Shown here: positions 41,762 through 52,456 of the stretch, piece after piece | Layout: the number at the start of each line of letters is the position of its first letter | Position numbering within the stretch: the stretch's first letter is position 1 | Assembly: GCA_025965175.1 (NCBI GenBank) | Contig: JAOPXL010000229.1 | Span: forward strand, 10 to 64,009 | Direction: 5' to 3' | DNA from: Aeromicrobium sp. | GTDB lineage: Bacteria > Actinomycetota > Actinomycetes > Propionibacteriales > Nocardioidaceae | DNA length: 64,000 nucleotides | Program-made: the position numbers and the translations under genes | The notes under the pieces: model-generated | Told to the model about the DNA's origin: nothing | Seen by the model: only the letters and a program-made list of their open reading frames with translations | Database searches by the model: none

Positions 41762-42516
41762 GTGTGGTCCTCGTCGTCCATCCAGGTGCGGTGACTGCCG
41801 GTCAGGACGATGTCCCAGCGGTAGCCTGTGCTCCACTCCGGCCGGGTCAGGTCGTGGTCGTACGTCGCGACGAGCCGGTCGCGGTCGTCCTGGTCGGTGA
41901 TCGACTGGTAGATCGGGTCGAGGGCGAACAACGGGTCGCCGGGGAAGTACATCTGCGTGATCATGCGCTGGGTGAAGTCCGTGCCGAACAGCGAGAAGTG
42001 CACGTGGGCGGGACGCCAGGCATTGCGGTGGTTCTTCCACGGATATGGCCCGGGCTTGATCGTCTGGAACGTGTAGGTCCCGTCGGCATCGGTCAGGCAG
42101 CGGCCGGCCCCGGTGAAGTTGGGGTCCAGCGGCGCGGGGTGCTGGTCGCGCTGGTGGATGTAGCGACCGCCGGCGTTGGCCTGCCAGATCTCGACGAGCT
42201 GGTGCGCGACCGGGCGGCTGGACCCGTCGACGACCCGTCCCGCGATCGTGATGCGCTCACCGATCGGCTCGCCGGAGTGCTGGATCGTGAGATCGGCCTC
42301 GAGGGGATCGACGTCCTGGTGCCCGAAGCAGGGAGCCCACAGCTCGATGCCCTCGGGGTCGACCTGTTGCAGGTCCTTGGTCGGGTGGCGCAGCAGGCTG
42401 CTGCGGTAGGGCGCGTAATCGAGCTGCGGCTGCTGCCCGCCGGGCACGGCGCCGGCCGCGATCTCGGCGATCTCGTCGCTGATGGCGGACTGCGTCGCCA
42501 GGGTGGGGGTGGTCAC
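41758..42516 (-). CDS. pcaH: Protocatechuate 3,4-dioxygenase beta subunit
   Basis: EIWQANAGGRY, KPGPYPW, WRPAHVHFS, TQMYFPGDPL. Confidence 0.95.
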   Translation of the reverse strand: MTTPTLATQSAISDEIAEIAAGAVPGGQQPQLDYAPYRSSLLRHPTKDLQQVDPEGIELWAPCFGHQDVDPLEADLTIQHSGEPIGERITIAGRVVDGSSRPVAHQLVEIWQANAGGRYIHQRDQHPAPLDPNFTGAGRCLTDADGTYTFQTIKPGPYPWKNHRNAWRPAHVHFSLFGTDFTQRMITQMYFPGDPLFALDPIYQSITDQDDRDRLVATYDHDLTRPEWSTGYRWDIVLTGSHRTWMDDEDHT

Positions 42517-42561
42517 CGGGCCGAGTTTAGGGATCGCCGCGCAGGCGTACGATCAATGGCA

Positions 42562-42575
42562 TTCACTCAGTGGAA
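42562..42575. promoter_or_regulatory. Putative IclR operator between pcaH and the divergent regulator
   Basis: Near-palindrome TTCACTCAGTGGAA. Confidence 0.5.
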
Positions 42576-42583
42576 GGGTGCGG

Positions 42584-43330
42584 ATGGCAGGCAACACGTC
42601 GGACCCGGGCGCGAGCGTCGCGTCCCGGCTGCTGACAGTCCTCGGCGCCTTCGACGACGACCATGGTGCGATGACGCTGAGCGAGATCAGCCGACGCGCG
42701 GACCTGCCCCTGGCGACGACCCACCGGCTCGTCGCGGAGCTGGTCGCGTGGGACGGACTGGTCCGCCGGCCGTCGGGTGAGTACGTCATCGGCCGGCGGG
42801 TGTGGGAGCTGGGCCTGCTGGCACCGACCCAGACCGGGCTGCGTCAGAAGGCCGAGCCGTTCCTGCACGACGTCTACGGCGCGACCCTCGCGACGGTGCA
42901 CCTCGCGGTCCGCGACGGCGACCGGGTCCTCTACCTCGACCGCCTCGCCGGCTCGACGTCTGTTCCGATCGTCAGCACCGTCGGGTCCCACCTGCCGCTG
43001 CACAGCACCGCGGTCGGCAAGGTGCTGCTCGCGCACGCCCCGGATGACGTCGTCGCCGACGTGCTGGGATCGTTGACCCGGATCACCCCCTACACGCTTA
43101 CCCAGCCGGGTCTGCTCCGCCAGCAGCTGGCCCGCGTGCGACGCCTCGGCTATGCGACGACGAGCGAGGAGATGTCCCTCGGTGCGGCCTCGATCGCGGT
43201 GCCGGTGGTGCGCGGATCGGCCGTCGTGGCGGCGCTCGGTGTCGTCGTCCCTGACCTCAAGCGGGACCGTCCGCGCCTGGTCGGCGTCCTGCAGGCCGCC
43301 GCGCACGGGATCGGCCGCGAGCTCGGGTGA
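42584..43330 (+). CDS. IclR family regulator divergent from pcaHG
   Basis: LSEISRRADLPLATTHRL, LPLHSTAVGKVLLA, EEMSLG. Confidence 0.9.
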   Translation: MAGNTSDPGASVASRLLTVLGAFDDDHGAMTLSEISRRADLPLATTHRLVAELVAWDGLVRRPSGEYVIGRRVWELGLLAPTQTGLRQKAEPFLHDVYGATLATVHLAVRDGDRVLYLDRLAGSTSVPIVSTVGSHLPLHSTAVGKVLLAHAPDDVVADVLGSLTRITPYTLTQPGLLRQQLARVRRLGYATTSEEMSLGAASIAVPVVRGSAVVAALGVVVPDLKRDRPRLVGVLQAAAHGIGRELG

Positions 43331-43380
43331 TCAGGCCGCGTACTCCATGTGCACGGGATCTTGGTAGAGCTCGAGGACCC
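43331..43380. repeat. Dispersed repeat copy 1 (gene 3'-end remnant)
   Basis: CGTACTCCATGTGCACGGGATCTTGGTAGAGCTCGAGGACC; minus strand reads VLELYQDPVHMEYAA*. Confidence 0.85.
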
Positions 43381-43562
43381 AGTGCCAACGACAAACAGCA
43401 CCCGAGGTCGGGCTGGTGCTACGTCTTTTCGTTGCTCTGGAATCGGGTCCCGTGGTGACTGCCCGTTCTGCTCTCGTCCCGCCCGGTCCCGGGACCGACG
43501 TCCTCAGCACGGTTGACCCTCGACCATGGCCAAGGCTTGCTGCCCGGCGACATCCTGACGGG

Positions 43563-44174
43563 GTGACCACCTCCCACGACGAGTCCGACCTGACTCGAAG
43601 CAGCGCGCCGTCGGCGACCCCGGTGATGCTGGCCGACGGCAGCCTGGCCGTCGTCCGCGGTGTCACGTCATCAGATCGACCGGCAGTGGAGCGGCTGTTC
43701 GCGACGGCACGGCCGGCCGACCTGTACACGCGCTTCTTCAGCGTGGGCACGGCCGTGGTCGACCTCCACGTCGAGCACCTGTTCGCTGCGGAGGCGACTG
43801 CCATGAGCTATGTCGTCGAACGTGCGGGGTCGTTGCTGGGGATCGCCGACGTCGAGCCGGTGAGTGAGCGCACCGCGGAGGTGGCGTTCCTCGTCGCCGA
43901 TGGCGCTCATGGCCTGGGGATCGCGACGCTCCTGCTGGAGCGGGCGGCGCAGGACGCGTGGGACCGAGGCGTCACGACGTTCGTGGCCGACGTGCTCGCG
44001 GTCAACCACCCCATGATCGAGGTCTTCCGCGACGCGGGTTTCGCTGTCGGGCTGCAGGTCGAGCGCGACGGCGTGTCGGTCCGGATGAGCACGTGTCGTA
44101 CGCCCGAGGCGCAGGCGGCCACGGCGGCACGGCATGCCTCGGCCGTCGCGCACCGGGGGACCGGGGACCCCTGA
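43563..44174 (+). CDS. GNAT acetyltransferase resembling the GNAT domain of Pat/acyl-CoA synthetase fusions
   Basis: LADGS, YTRFF, AEVAFLVADGAHGLGIATLLL, ADVLAVNHPMIEVF; start uncertain. Confidence 0.82.
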   Translation: MTTSHDESDLTRSSAPSATPVMLADGSLAVVRGVTSSDRPAVERLFATARPADLYTRFFSVGTAVVDLHVEHLFAAEATAMSYVVERAGSLLGIADVEPVSERTAEVAFLVADGAHGLGIATLLLERAAQDAWDRGVTTFVADVLAVNHPMIEVFRDAGFAVGLQVERDGVSVRMSTCRTPEAQAATAARHASAVAHRGTGDP

Positions 44175-44190
44175 GAGAGGACACGGATTC

Positions 44191-44838
44191 ATGCCACACA
44201 CCAAGGTGGACCTGAGGCGAGAGCTCGGACCACTGTACGCCGCGACGTCGTCCCCGCAGATGGTCTTCGTGCCGGAGATGCAGTTCGTCGCGTTCGACGG
44301 TCTTGGGGACCCGAGCTCGCCGCGGTTCCACGCCGCCACCAGTGCGCTGTTCCACGTCGCGTACGCCGCACGGTCGCTCGTCAGGGCGGGCCCGACCGGC
44401 CTGGACTACCCCGTCATGCCCCTCGAATGCCTGTGGTCAGGCCCGGCGGGCGAGCCTCTCGATGCCGCCGACCGGAGCGCATGGAGCTGGACCCTCATGA
44501 TCATGCAGCCCTCCCAGGTGACTGCCCAGGTCTTCCAGGCAGCGCTCGAGACCGCCGCGGAGCAGAGCCGTGGCGAGGCGGTCACGATGGACGTCACACA
44601 GCGCACGCTCAGCGAGGGCAGGGCCGCGCAGGTGCTGCACCGCAGGCCCTTCTCCGACGAGGGCCCGACCGTCCGCGCCCTGCACGACTTCATCGCCGCC
44701 CACGACGCGCGGTCGTCGGGCCGGCACCACGAGATCTACCTGACCGATCCCAGACTGTCGCCCTCGGAGCAGTGGCGGACGATCCTGCGCCAGCCCGTCA
44801 TCGAGCACGCCGGAGCCTCCGAGGGCACGACGACCTGA
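44191..44838 (+). CDS. GyrI-like small-molecule-binding protein
   Basis: DG-GDP, VMPLECLW, WTLMIMQP, GRHHEIYLTDP, WRTILRQP. Confidence 0.82.
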   Translation: MPHTKVDLRRELGPLYAATSSPQMVFVPEMQFVAFDGLGDPSSPRFHAATSALFHVAYAARSLVRAGPTGLDYPVMPLECLWSGPAGEPLDAADRSAWSWTLMIMQPSQVTAQVFQAALETAAEQSRGEAVTMDVTQRTLSEGRAAQVLHRRPFSDEGPTVRALHDFIAAHDARSSGRHHEIYLTDPRLSPSEQWRTILRQPVIEHAGASEGTTT

Positions 44839-44943
44839 GCGGCGCGGGACCTCCGTCCTCGATCTGGGAACCATCGTCCCTAACCATCGTCCGTGCGGAG
44901 GAGAAGCGTGGAGGCAACGGCGCGACCGGACAGGGAGTAGATC

Positions 44944-45849
44944 ATGGCCTCATACCGACCTTCCACGCCGAGCCCTCACGCCAGTCACGACACCGGATCA
45001 GCGCCGTCGCCCGCCCCTCCCGTGGTGGTCGGGGTCCGTGGTGACGAGCCGGAGGTCCTGGCCCTCGCGGCCGAGCTCGCGCAGGCGTACGAGGCGCCGC
45101 TCCACGTCGTGCACGCCTACTGGTCGACCGTAGGCACCGCCGATCTCTACCTGGGCCAGGACGCGCCGAGCGTGCTGCAGGAGGCCGGCCTGCGAGTGCT
45201 CGCCGCCGCGCGCCGTCGACTGGGGGACCAGGCGCCTGCGCACGTCGACTACTCGCTGCCCTTCGCCCCACCGGCCTCCGCGATCGCCGCGGCGAGCAAG
45301 CAGGCGAGGATCGTGGTCCTGGGCACGGACGATGCCAGCTGGTACGAACGGCTGACCGGTCGCACGGTCGCCCGGCACACGGCGCTGCACGCCAAGTGCC
45401 CCGTCGCGGTCGTGCCGGAGGGCACCCGGGAGGGCTCGGGCGACGTTGTCGCCGCGATCGACCTCGGCAACGTCTCGGACGCGGCCCTCAGGTTCGCCGC
45501 CGACATCAGCAGCCGTCTCGGCACGGTCCTCCGGGTCGTGTCGGTCGTGCTGGCGGGACAGACCGATCCGGGACGCGAGCAGCAGCACGCGCGACTGGAC
45601 CGGGCCGTCCACAGCCTGCGGCACCTGATCCCCACGCTGGACATCCGCACCGAGATCATCACGGACGATGCCAACAGGGCGTTAACCCGGGCAACGGAGA
45701 CGGCCCGGCTCGTCATCGTCGGCCGGCCGAACGAGCCGCGGATGGCGCCGGTGTTCGGTCGTCCTGTGGCGACCGGCCTGCTGAAAGCGGCACGGTGCCC
45801 CATCGTCGTGGTCCCGGTCGAGACGCGGCACGATTGGCTCCACTTCTGA
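44944..45849 (+). CDS. Tandem-domain universal stress protein
   Basis: VVVGV, LHVVHA, two CPV(A/V)VVP-type domain ends. Confidence 0.87.
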   Translation: MASYRPSTPSPHASHDTGSAPSPAPPVVVGVRGDEPEVLALAAELAQAYEAPLHVVHAYWSTVGTADLYLGQDAPSVLQEAGLRVLAAARRRLGDQAPAHVDYSLPFAPPASAIAAASKQARIVVLGTDDASWYERLTGRTVARHTALHAKCPVAVVPEGTREGSGDVVAAIDLGNVSDAALRFAADISSRLGTVLRVVSVVLAGQTDPGREQQHARLDRAVHSLRHLIPTLDIRTEIITDDANRALTRATETARLVIVGRPNEPRMAPVFGRPVATGLLKAARCPIVVVPVETRHDWLHF

Positions 45850-45851
45850 CG

Positions 45852-46472
45852 TCAGGGGGAGTCGCGTCCGATCAGGGTCCGGGCCTGGCTGTCCATGCCC
45901 CGCTCTTCGTCGGCGGGCACGACCTCGACCTCGATCCCGCTGGTGAGCCGCAGCCGCTCGCAGATGCGCTGACGGAGCTAGGCCTGGTTCTCGCCCACCC
46001 CGCCGGTGAACACGAGGTGGTGCCCCGGGTCGATCGTGGTCGCGGCGGACGCGATCGCCATGGCGGCGCTGGACACGAACATGTCGACCGCCAGGCGGGC
46101 CTCCGCCCCCGGCGCGGCGAGCAGCTCCCGCATGTCCCGCAGACCACCGGAGATGCCGAGCAGGCCGGCGCGGTGGTTGAGCTCGTCCCCTCAGGTCGGC
46201 CGGGGAGTGCCCGTGCACCTCGATCAGGTGGAGCAGGATCTCGGGATCGAGGTCGCCGGACCGGGTCGAGGAGATCATCCCGCTGGAGGGCGAGAACGAC
46301 ATCGAGGTGAAGCGGGACCGGCGGTCCGGACCCACGGCGGTGACGCTGCAGCCGCTGCCCAGGTGGGCCACGACCGCGTCAGCCTCAGCGGCCGCGCCAC
46401 CAGCACCGCCTGGACCGACAGACCGTGGAAGCCGTAGCGGCGGATGCCCTGTGCGGCCAGCGTCGCGGACAC
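45852..46472 (-). pseudogene. ackA: Acetate kinase pseudogene (5'-truncated, several frameshifts, internal stop)
   Basis: [25 protein letters not shown]...TRSGDLDP, GLLGISG, VFTGGVGEN, VVPADEE spread over different frames. Confidence 0.85.
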
Positions 46473-46487
46473 CGGCAGCCGCCGGGC

Positions 46488-47007
46488 GACAGGTTGCCGG
46501 TCGGCTCGTCGGCGAAGACGATCGTCGGCCGGCTCATGAGGGCCCTCGCGCAGGCGACCCGCTGCTGCTGTCCGCCCGACATCTCGTGCGGGTGGTGTCT
46601 CAGCCTGTCCCGCAGGCCGACGGCGTCGATGACGGCCCGGAACCAGTCCGGATCAGGCGTGCGCCCCCGCGATGGCGAGCGGCAGGAGCACGTTTCTCCT
46701 CGGCGGTCAGGGTCGGCAGGAGGTTGTACGCCTGGAAGACGAAGCCGACCCGGTCGCGTCGCAGCAGGGTCAACGCCTTGTCCTTGAGGTCAGCGAGATC
46801 GGTGTCGCCGATGAAGACCGATCCGGAGGTGGGGCTGTCGAGCGCGGCCATGCAGTGCACGAGCGTCGACTTCCCGGAGCCGGACGGGCCCATGACGGCG
46901 GTGAACTCACCTGCACGGATCTCGACCGTGACCCCGTCGAGGGCGCGCACCTCCGCGTCACCCTCGCCGTACACCTTCGTGAGGTCGACCGTCCGCGCAG
47001 CGAGCAT
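46488..47007 (-). pseudogene. LolD/MacB-type ABC ATPase pseudogene, frameshifted and 3'-truncated
   Basis: [19 protein letters not shown], then [14 protein letters not shown]...FADEPTGNL in a different frame, ending abruptly. Confidence 0.85.
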
Positions 47008-47028
47008 GTGTCCACCGTCGGGCGGATG

Positions 47029-48081
47029 TCAGGTCCGACGGTCCCCGGTCGACGGGACCTTGGACCGTGCCGGGCGAGCGCGGGCGTGCCAGTGCTCCGC
47101 CAGCAGGAAGGCGACGGCGACGAGCGCCCCGATCGCGGTCTCGACGGCGCGGTCGAACAGCAGCTCGCCCGCGGGACGGGACGACCCGAGCTGGCCCGTC
47201 AGCAGAGCCATCGGGGTGATGAAGAGCAGGGCGAGGCCGTAGTTGCGCCCGACCAGGAGCTCGGCGACGATCTGCAGCGCCACGATCGTCAGCACGAGCG
47301 GGACGGGGTCGAGTCCCAAGAGCAGGAGTGGTGCAGTGGTCATCAGGCCCAGGACCGTGCCCGCGATGCGGTGGGCGGCCCGGACGGCCTGGTGGTCGCG
47401 CCCGCGCACGGTCAGCGGCGCGGCCGCCGCGACCATGGCCCAGTAGGGGTGTCCGATCCCGGCTGCGGTCGCGATCGCGCCGGCCAGGCCGACCGCGATG
47501 AGGAAGCGGAGCGGCTCGCGGTTCCACGGGGAGCGCAGGTGGGGCCGGCCGGCCGTCTGGTGCCGGGCCAGTGAGCCGATGCTGCCGACGGCCAGCGCGA
47601 ATGCCGCGCTGGCGGTTGAGACGAGAAGGGCGGTGGGCACGTCGGACCAGCCACCGGGGCTCGAGGCCACGGTGCCGAACGCGATGACCAGGAACAACGG
47701 CCCCGGCGGGTGCCAGTCCAGTGCCGTCGACAGTAGGGAGCCGATCGCCGCCACGACGGCCCCGCCCACCACGAGCGCCCACGGGGAGGCATGGGCCGCC
47801 GCGAAGGCCGAGCCAAGCACGACGGCGGCGACGAGGGCCAGCCCCGCGGTGGCCTGCATGACTGCCCGGGGCAGGTGGACGTGGTTGCGGCCGTACAGTG
47901 CGGCGAACGCTCCGAACGCCGCGTAGACCGCCCACGGGGTCCGGTCGATCAGGACGACGGTCAGCAGCGGGACCGCGACGCTCAGGCCGGCCCGGAGAGC
48001 GACCCGGTGCGCGCCGGGGGCGGGGTTGAGCTGCACGAAGTCACGCAGACTGAGTCCACGCTGCTGTCCGGGAGCTGTCAC
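47029..48081 (-). CDS. FUSC family membrane protein
   Basis: HRVALRA, FGAFAALYGR, HPYWAM, HRIAGT, RNYGLA, DRAVET. Confidence 0.85.
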   Translation of the reverse strand: MTAPGQQRGLSLRDFVQLNPAPGAHRVALRAGLSVAVPLLTVVLIDRTPWAVYAAFGAFAALYGRNHVHLPRAVMQATAGLALVAAVVLGSAFAAAHASPWALVVGGAVVAAIGSLLSTALDWHPPGPLFLVIAFGTVASSPGGWSDVPTALLVSTASAAFALAVGSIGSLARHQTAGRPHLRSPWNREPLRFLIAVGLAGAIATAAGIGHPYWAMVAAAAPLTVRGRDHQAVRAAHRIAGTVLGLMTTAPLLLLGLDPVPLVLTIVALQIVAELLVGRNYGLALLFITPMALLTGQLGSSRPAGELLFDRAVETAIGALVAVAFLLAEHWHARARPARSKVPSTGDRRT

Positions 48082-48115
48082 TCCTCCTTTGTACGCGATG
48101 CGGTGGGGTGCTCCG

Positions 48116-49206
<1,091 letters not shown>

Positions 49207-49301
49207 GTCACCGACGGTACGTCGGTGCCGGGGAAGTGGGAGGCCGTGTCAGTACCCGGAAGAGCAGGCACTCCCGCGTTGGTCGGGAACACCGTCACTG
49301 A

Positions 49302-49366
49302 CTACGCCACGTACTCCATGTACACGGGATCTTGGTACACGGGATCTTGGTAGAGCTCGAGGACCA
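49302..49366. repeat. Dispersed repeat copy 2 with an internal 15-bp tandem duplication
   Basis: CGTACTCCATG-TACACGGGATCTTGG x2-TAGAGCTCGAGGACC; minus strand reads VLELYQDPVYQDPVYMEYVA*. Confidence 0.85.
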
Positions 49367-49528
49367 GGGCTGGGGGTGCGGCCGGTGGTGGGCCGATGGA
49401 CGGTGAGCGGTTCTGGTGGCCGCCATCCGGGTGAGCCTGCCGACACCTCGACGCGCGCTTCGGTGTCCGCTGGGTCACAGTGGGGTGGGCCGGACGACGG
49501 TCCACCCCCTGAGTGAGAGGAACCGGTC

Positions 49529-50278
49529 ATGCCGATCTGGTGGGAAGCGGGGGCCTGGGGCCTCCTGGCCGGAGGCGCGTTGGTCGTGGGAGCGGCGGTG
49601 GCGTGGCTCGTCCGCGTGCCGCAGCCCGTCGTCGCCAGCGTCATGGCCTTCGGATCGGGCGTCCTCATCTCGGCGCTCTCCTTCGACCTCGTCGACGAGG
49701 CCGAACGGGCCGGCGGCCTGATCCCGACGGTTCTCGGTGCTCTCGGTGGCGCGGTGGTGTACGTCGCGGCCAACATCGCCCTCGCCCGGCGCGGAGCCCG
49801 ACACCGCAAGCGCTCGCAGGACCAGCAGCCGTCGGAGGACGAGCAGGCCGGAAGCGGGACCGCCATCGCGGTGGGCGCGCTGCTGGACGGGATCCCGGAG
49901 TCTGTGGTGCTGGGGGTGTCCCTCCTGGGTGGTGGCGGGGTGGGTGTGCCGGTCCTCGCGGCGATCTTCATCTCGAACCTCCCCGAGGGGCTGTCGAGCG
50001 CGGCGGGCATGAAGGCCAAGGGGCGCTCTGCCCGCTACGTCTTCGGGGTCTGGATCGGCATCGCGGTGGCCAGTGGTGTCGCGGGACTGCTCGGCTGCCT
50101 CCTGCTGCAGGACGCCTCGGCCGAGACGATCGCCGCCATCACGGCGGTCGCCGCCGGGGCGATCCTCACGATGGTCGCCGACACCATGATTCCCGAGGCG
50201 TTCGAGCGGACCCATCTCTACGCCGGATTGATCGCCACGACAGGATTCCTCGTCGCATTCGTCATCGAACGAGCCTGA
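49529..50278 (+). CDS. ZIP family metal transporter
   Basis: MAFGSGVL, LDGIPES, SNLPEG, MIPEAF. Confidence 0.88.
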   Translation: MPIWWEAGAWGLLAGGALVVGAAVAWLVRVPQPVVASVMAFGSGVLISALSFDLVDEAERAGGLIPTVLGALGGAVVYVAANIALARRGARHRKRSQDQQPSEDEQAGSGTAIAVGALLDGIPESVVLGVSLLGGGGVGVPVLAAIFISNLPEGLSSAAGMKAKGRSARYVFGVWIGIAVASGVAGLLGCLLLQDASAETIAAITAVAAGAILTMVADTMIPEAFERTHLYAGLIATTGFLVAFVIERA

Positions 50279-50282
50279 GGCG

Positions 50283-51107
50283 TCAGACCCCTACCTCGGC
50301 ATAGCCCTCGCGATAGGTCGGGTGCTCCAGGACCCAGCCACTCGCGCGCAGCCGGGCGTTGGACAGCCGCTTGCCGTGTCCGTGCGCAGGATCCGCGGCC
50401 GGTGGGGTCGGTGCACCGAGGCGGGGCGCGAGGTATGCCGCGACGTCCCCGACTTGGCACGGCTCGTCGTCGGTGCCGACATAGAGCGGCGCTGGCTGCT
50501 CGTCCCGGGTCAGCAGGTGGACCGCCGCGGCGGCCGCGTCGCTGCGATGGATCCGGTTCGTCCAGCGGTGCGGGTCGGTGACCTCGCCCGTCCGGACCTG
50601 ATCGACCAAACGAGCGCCACCGCGGCCGTACAGCCCCGAGAGACGCAGCACCGAGCCGCCCGGGACGCGGTCGGCGAACAGCCGCTCCGCCTCCAGCAGC
50701 ATCCGGGCCGGTCCGTCGGACGGGCGCGGGACGGTGTCCTCGTCGATCAGCCGCTCGGGACCGATGTCGCCGTAGACCGCGGTCGACGAGACGAGGACCG
50801 CCCGGTGCGGCACCTGACCGGCGGCCTCCAGCGCGTCCAGTGCGCGGCGCAGCCCGTCGACGTACGTCGCGCGGTACGACTCCTCGGTCCGGGGGCGAGC
50901 CGTGAGTGCCACGACGAGATGGCTCAGCGCGAGTGCGGGCAGGGCCGGGGCCTCGCGCGTCAGGTCGGCCGAGAGCCCGTGGAGGGGAGAGGGGACGAGC
51001 TCGGCGCGGCGCCGGATCGCGAGGACGTCGTGACCGCGGGCGGCAAGGCGTCCGCCGATGTCGGCGCCGAGGTCGCCGCAGCCGACGAGCAGGACGTCCG
51101 GGGTCAT
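50283..51107 (-). CDS. NAD-dependent epimerase/atypical SDR
   Basis: VGCGDLG, SSTAVYG, LRLSGLYG, TNRIH, KRLSN. Confidence 0.85.
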   Translation of the reverse strand: MTPDVLLVGCGDLGADIGGRLAARGHDVLAIRRRAELVPSPLHGLSADLTREAPALPALALSHLVVALTARPRTEESYRATYVDGLRRALDALEAAGQVPHRAVLVSSTAVYGDIGPERLIDEDTVPRPSDGPARMLLEAERLFADRVPGGSVLRLSGLYGRGGARLVDQVRTGEVTDPHRWTNRIHRSDAAAAAVHLLTRDEQPAPLYVGTDDEPCQVGDVAAYLAPRLGAPTPPAADPAHGHGKRLSNARLRASGWVLEHPTYREGYAEVGV

Positions 51108-51121
51108 GGGTCCGAGGGTAG

Positions 51122-51889
51122 TCAGAACGGTGGCCACGGGATCGCCGGCATGTCACCGCGTGGCGCGGGGAACCTGCCCTCGCGGAGCAGCCGGTCGCAG
51201 CGGACCGCGAGGGCCGCGAGCTCGCGCCCGGTCAGCAGGGCGGACAACGCCTCACCCAGGTCCGTGGCCAGTGCGGCCCTGACCCGCTCGACGCCGGCCC
51301 GCTCCTCGGGGTCCAGGTCCTCATCGAGCCAGCCCCACAGGACCGTCCGCAGCTTGTGCTCGGCGTGGAACGTCAGCCCGTGGTCGATCCCGTGCCGGTG
51401 CCCGCCGGCCATCTCCAGGACGTGCCCACCCTTGCGGTCGGCGTTGTTGGTGACGACGTCGAAGACCGCCATCCGGCGCAGCTCGGGGGTGTCCTCGTGG
51501 ATCAGCGAGACCGGCCGGTCCTGGCCGTCGAAGCCCTCGAAGACGTGCCGCCAGCCGTGCTCGGGCATGTCGCCGGACCGCACGAGGTCGACGGCGTCCT
51601 GCCCGGGGTCGACGTCCTGCCACAGCTGGACCATGCCAACCCCCATGGGACCGTCGCGCAGCCACGTGCGGGGGACGATGTCCCAGCCGAGCACCTCCGA
51701 GACCAGGTACGCAGCGACCTCCCGATCGGCCAGGCAGCCGTCGGGGAAGTCCCACAACGGCTTCTCGCCGGCGACGGGCTTGTAGACGACCGTGACGTCG
51801 CCGATCGTCCCGACGAAGGTGGCGTTGGAGGCCGGCATGATGCGGCCGGACAGCACGAGGTCGCCGTCGACGAGGTCCTCGACCGTCAC
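51122..51889 (-). CDS. SCO1664 family protein (PI3/4-kinase-like fold)
   Basis: ASNATF, VYKPVAGEKPLWDFP, REVAAY, NNADRKGGH, IDHGLTF, LRTVLWGW, PAIPWPPF. Confidence 0.9.
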   Translation of the reverse strand: MTVEDLVDGDLVLSGRIMPASNATFVGTIGDVTVVYKPVAGEKPLWDFPDGCLADREVAAYLVSEVLGWDIVPRTWLRDGPMGVGMVQLWQDVDPGQDAVDLVRSGDMPEHGWRHVFEGFDGQDRPVSLIHEDTPELRRMAVFDVVTNNADRKGGHVLEMAGGHRHGIDHGLTFHAEHKLRTVLWGWLDEDLDPEERAGVERVRAALATDLGEALSALLTGRELAALAVRCDRLLREGRFPAPRGDMPAIPWPPF

Positions 51890-52455
51890 CGGAACCCGTC
51901 GGGCAGCTCGCAGATGTGCTCCCCGGCGTCCATCGGGAGCCGGCACAGGGGGCAGATCGGGCGCCCGGCGCCGACGACCTCCCGCGTCCGCTTGGAGAAG
52001 GCACGGGCCGTCCCCACCGGGATCCGGACCAGCAGGACCTCGGTGGGCTCGATCTCGTCGAGGTCCAGGACCTCGAGCTCGTCCTGCGACACCTCGATGA
52101 TCGGGAAGGCCTCGATGACGATCTGGGCCGTCATGGGGTCCCAGCCCAGGGTCATGGCGCCGGCGCGGAACAGCTCGTCGACGGGCTGCTCCAGGGGGTC
52201 GTTGTCGACCAGGCCCTCGGGGGTGATGGCCGGGACGCTGAACGGATTGCCCTCGTCGGCCATGAGCTCGTCGAGGACCTCCTCGATCTTCTCGGCGAGG
52301 GCCGCGGACTGCTCCTTCTCGAGCGAGACGCTCACGAGGTGCTTGCCGCTGCGGGCCTGCAGGAAGAACGTGCGCGACCCCGGCTCCCCGACGGTGCCGA
52401 CGACGAATCGGTCCGGCCAGTCGAATCCGTGGACGAGGGGAGGCATGGGATCCAT
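51886..52455 (-). CDS. DUF3090 family protein
   Basis: DRFVVGTVGEPGSRTFFLQA, LEKEQ, C-terminal GRPICPLC...HIC. Confidence 0.9.
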   Translation of the reverse strand: MDPMPPLVHGFDWPDRFVVGTVGEPGSRTFFLQARSGKHLVSVSLEKEQSAALAEKIEEVLDELMADEGNPFSVPAITPEGLVDNDPLEQPVDELFRAGAMTLGWDPMTAQIVIEAFPIIEVSQDELEVLDLDEIEPTEVLLVRIPVGTARAFSKRTREVVGAGRPICPLCRLPMDAGEHICELPDGFR

Positions 52456-52456
52456 G

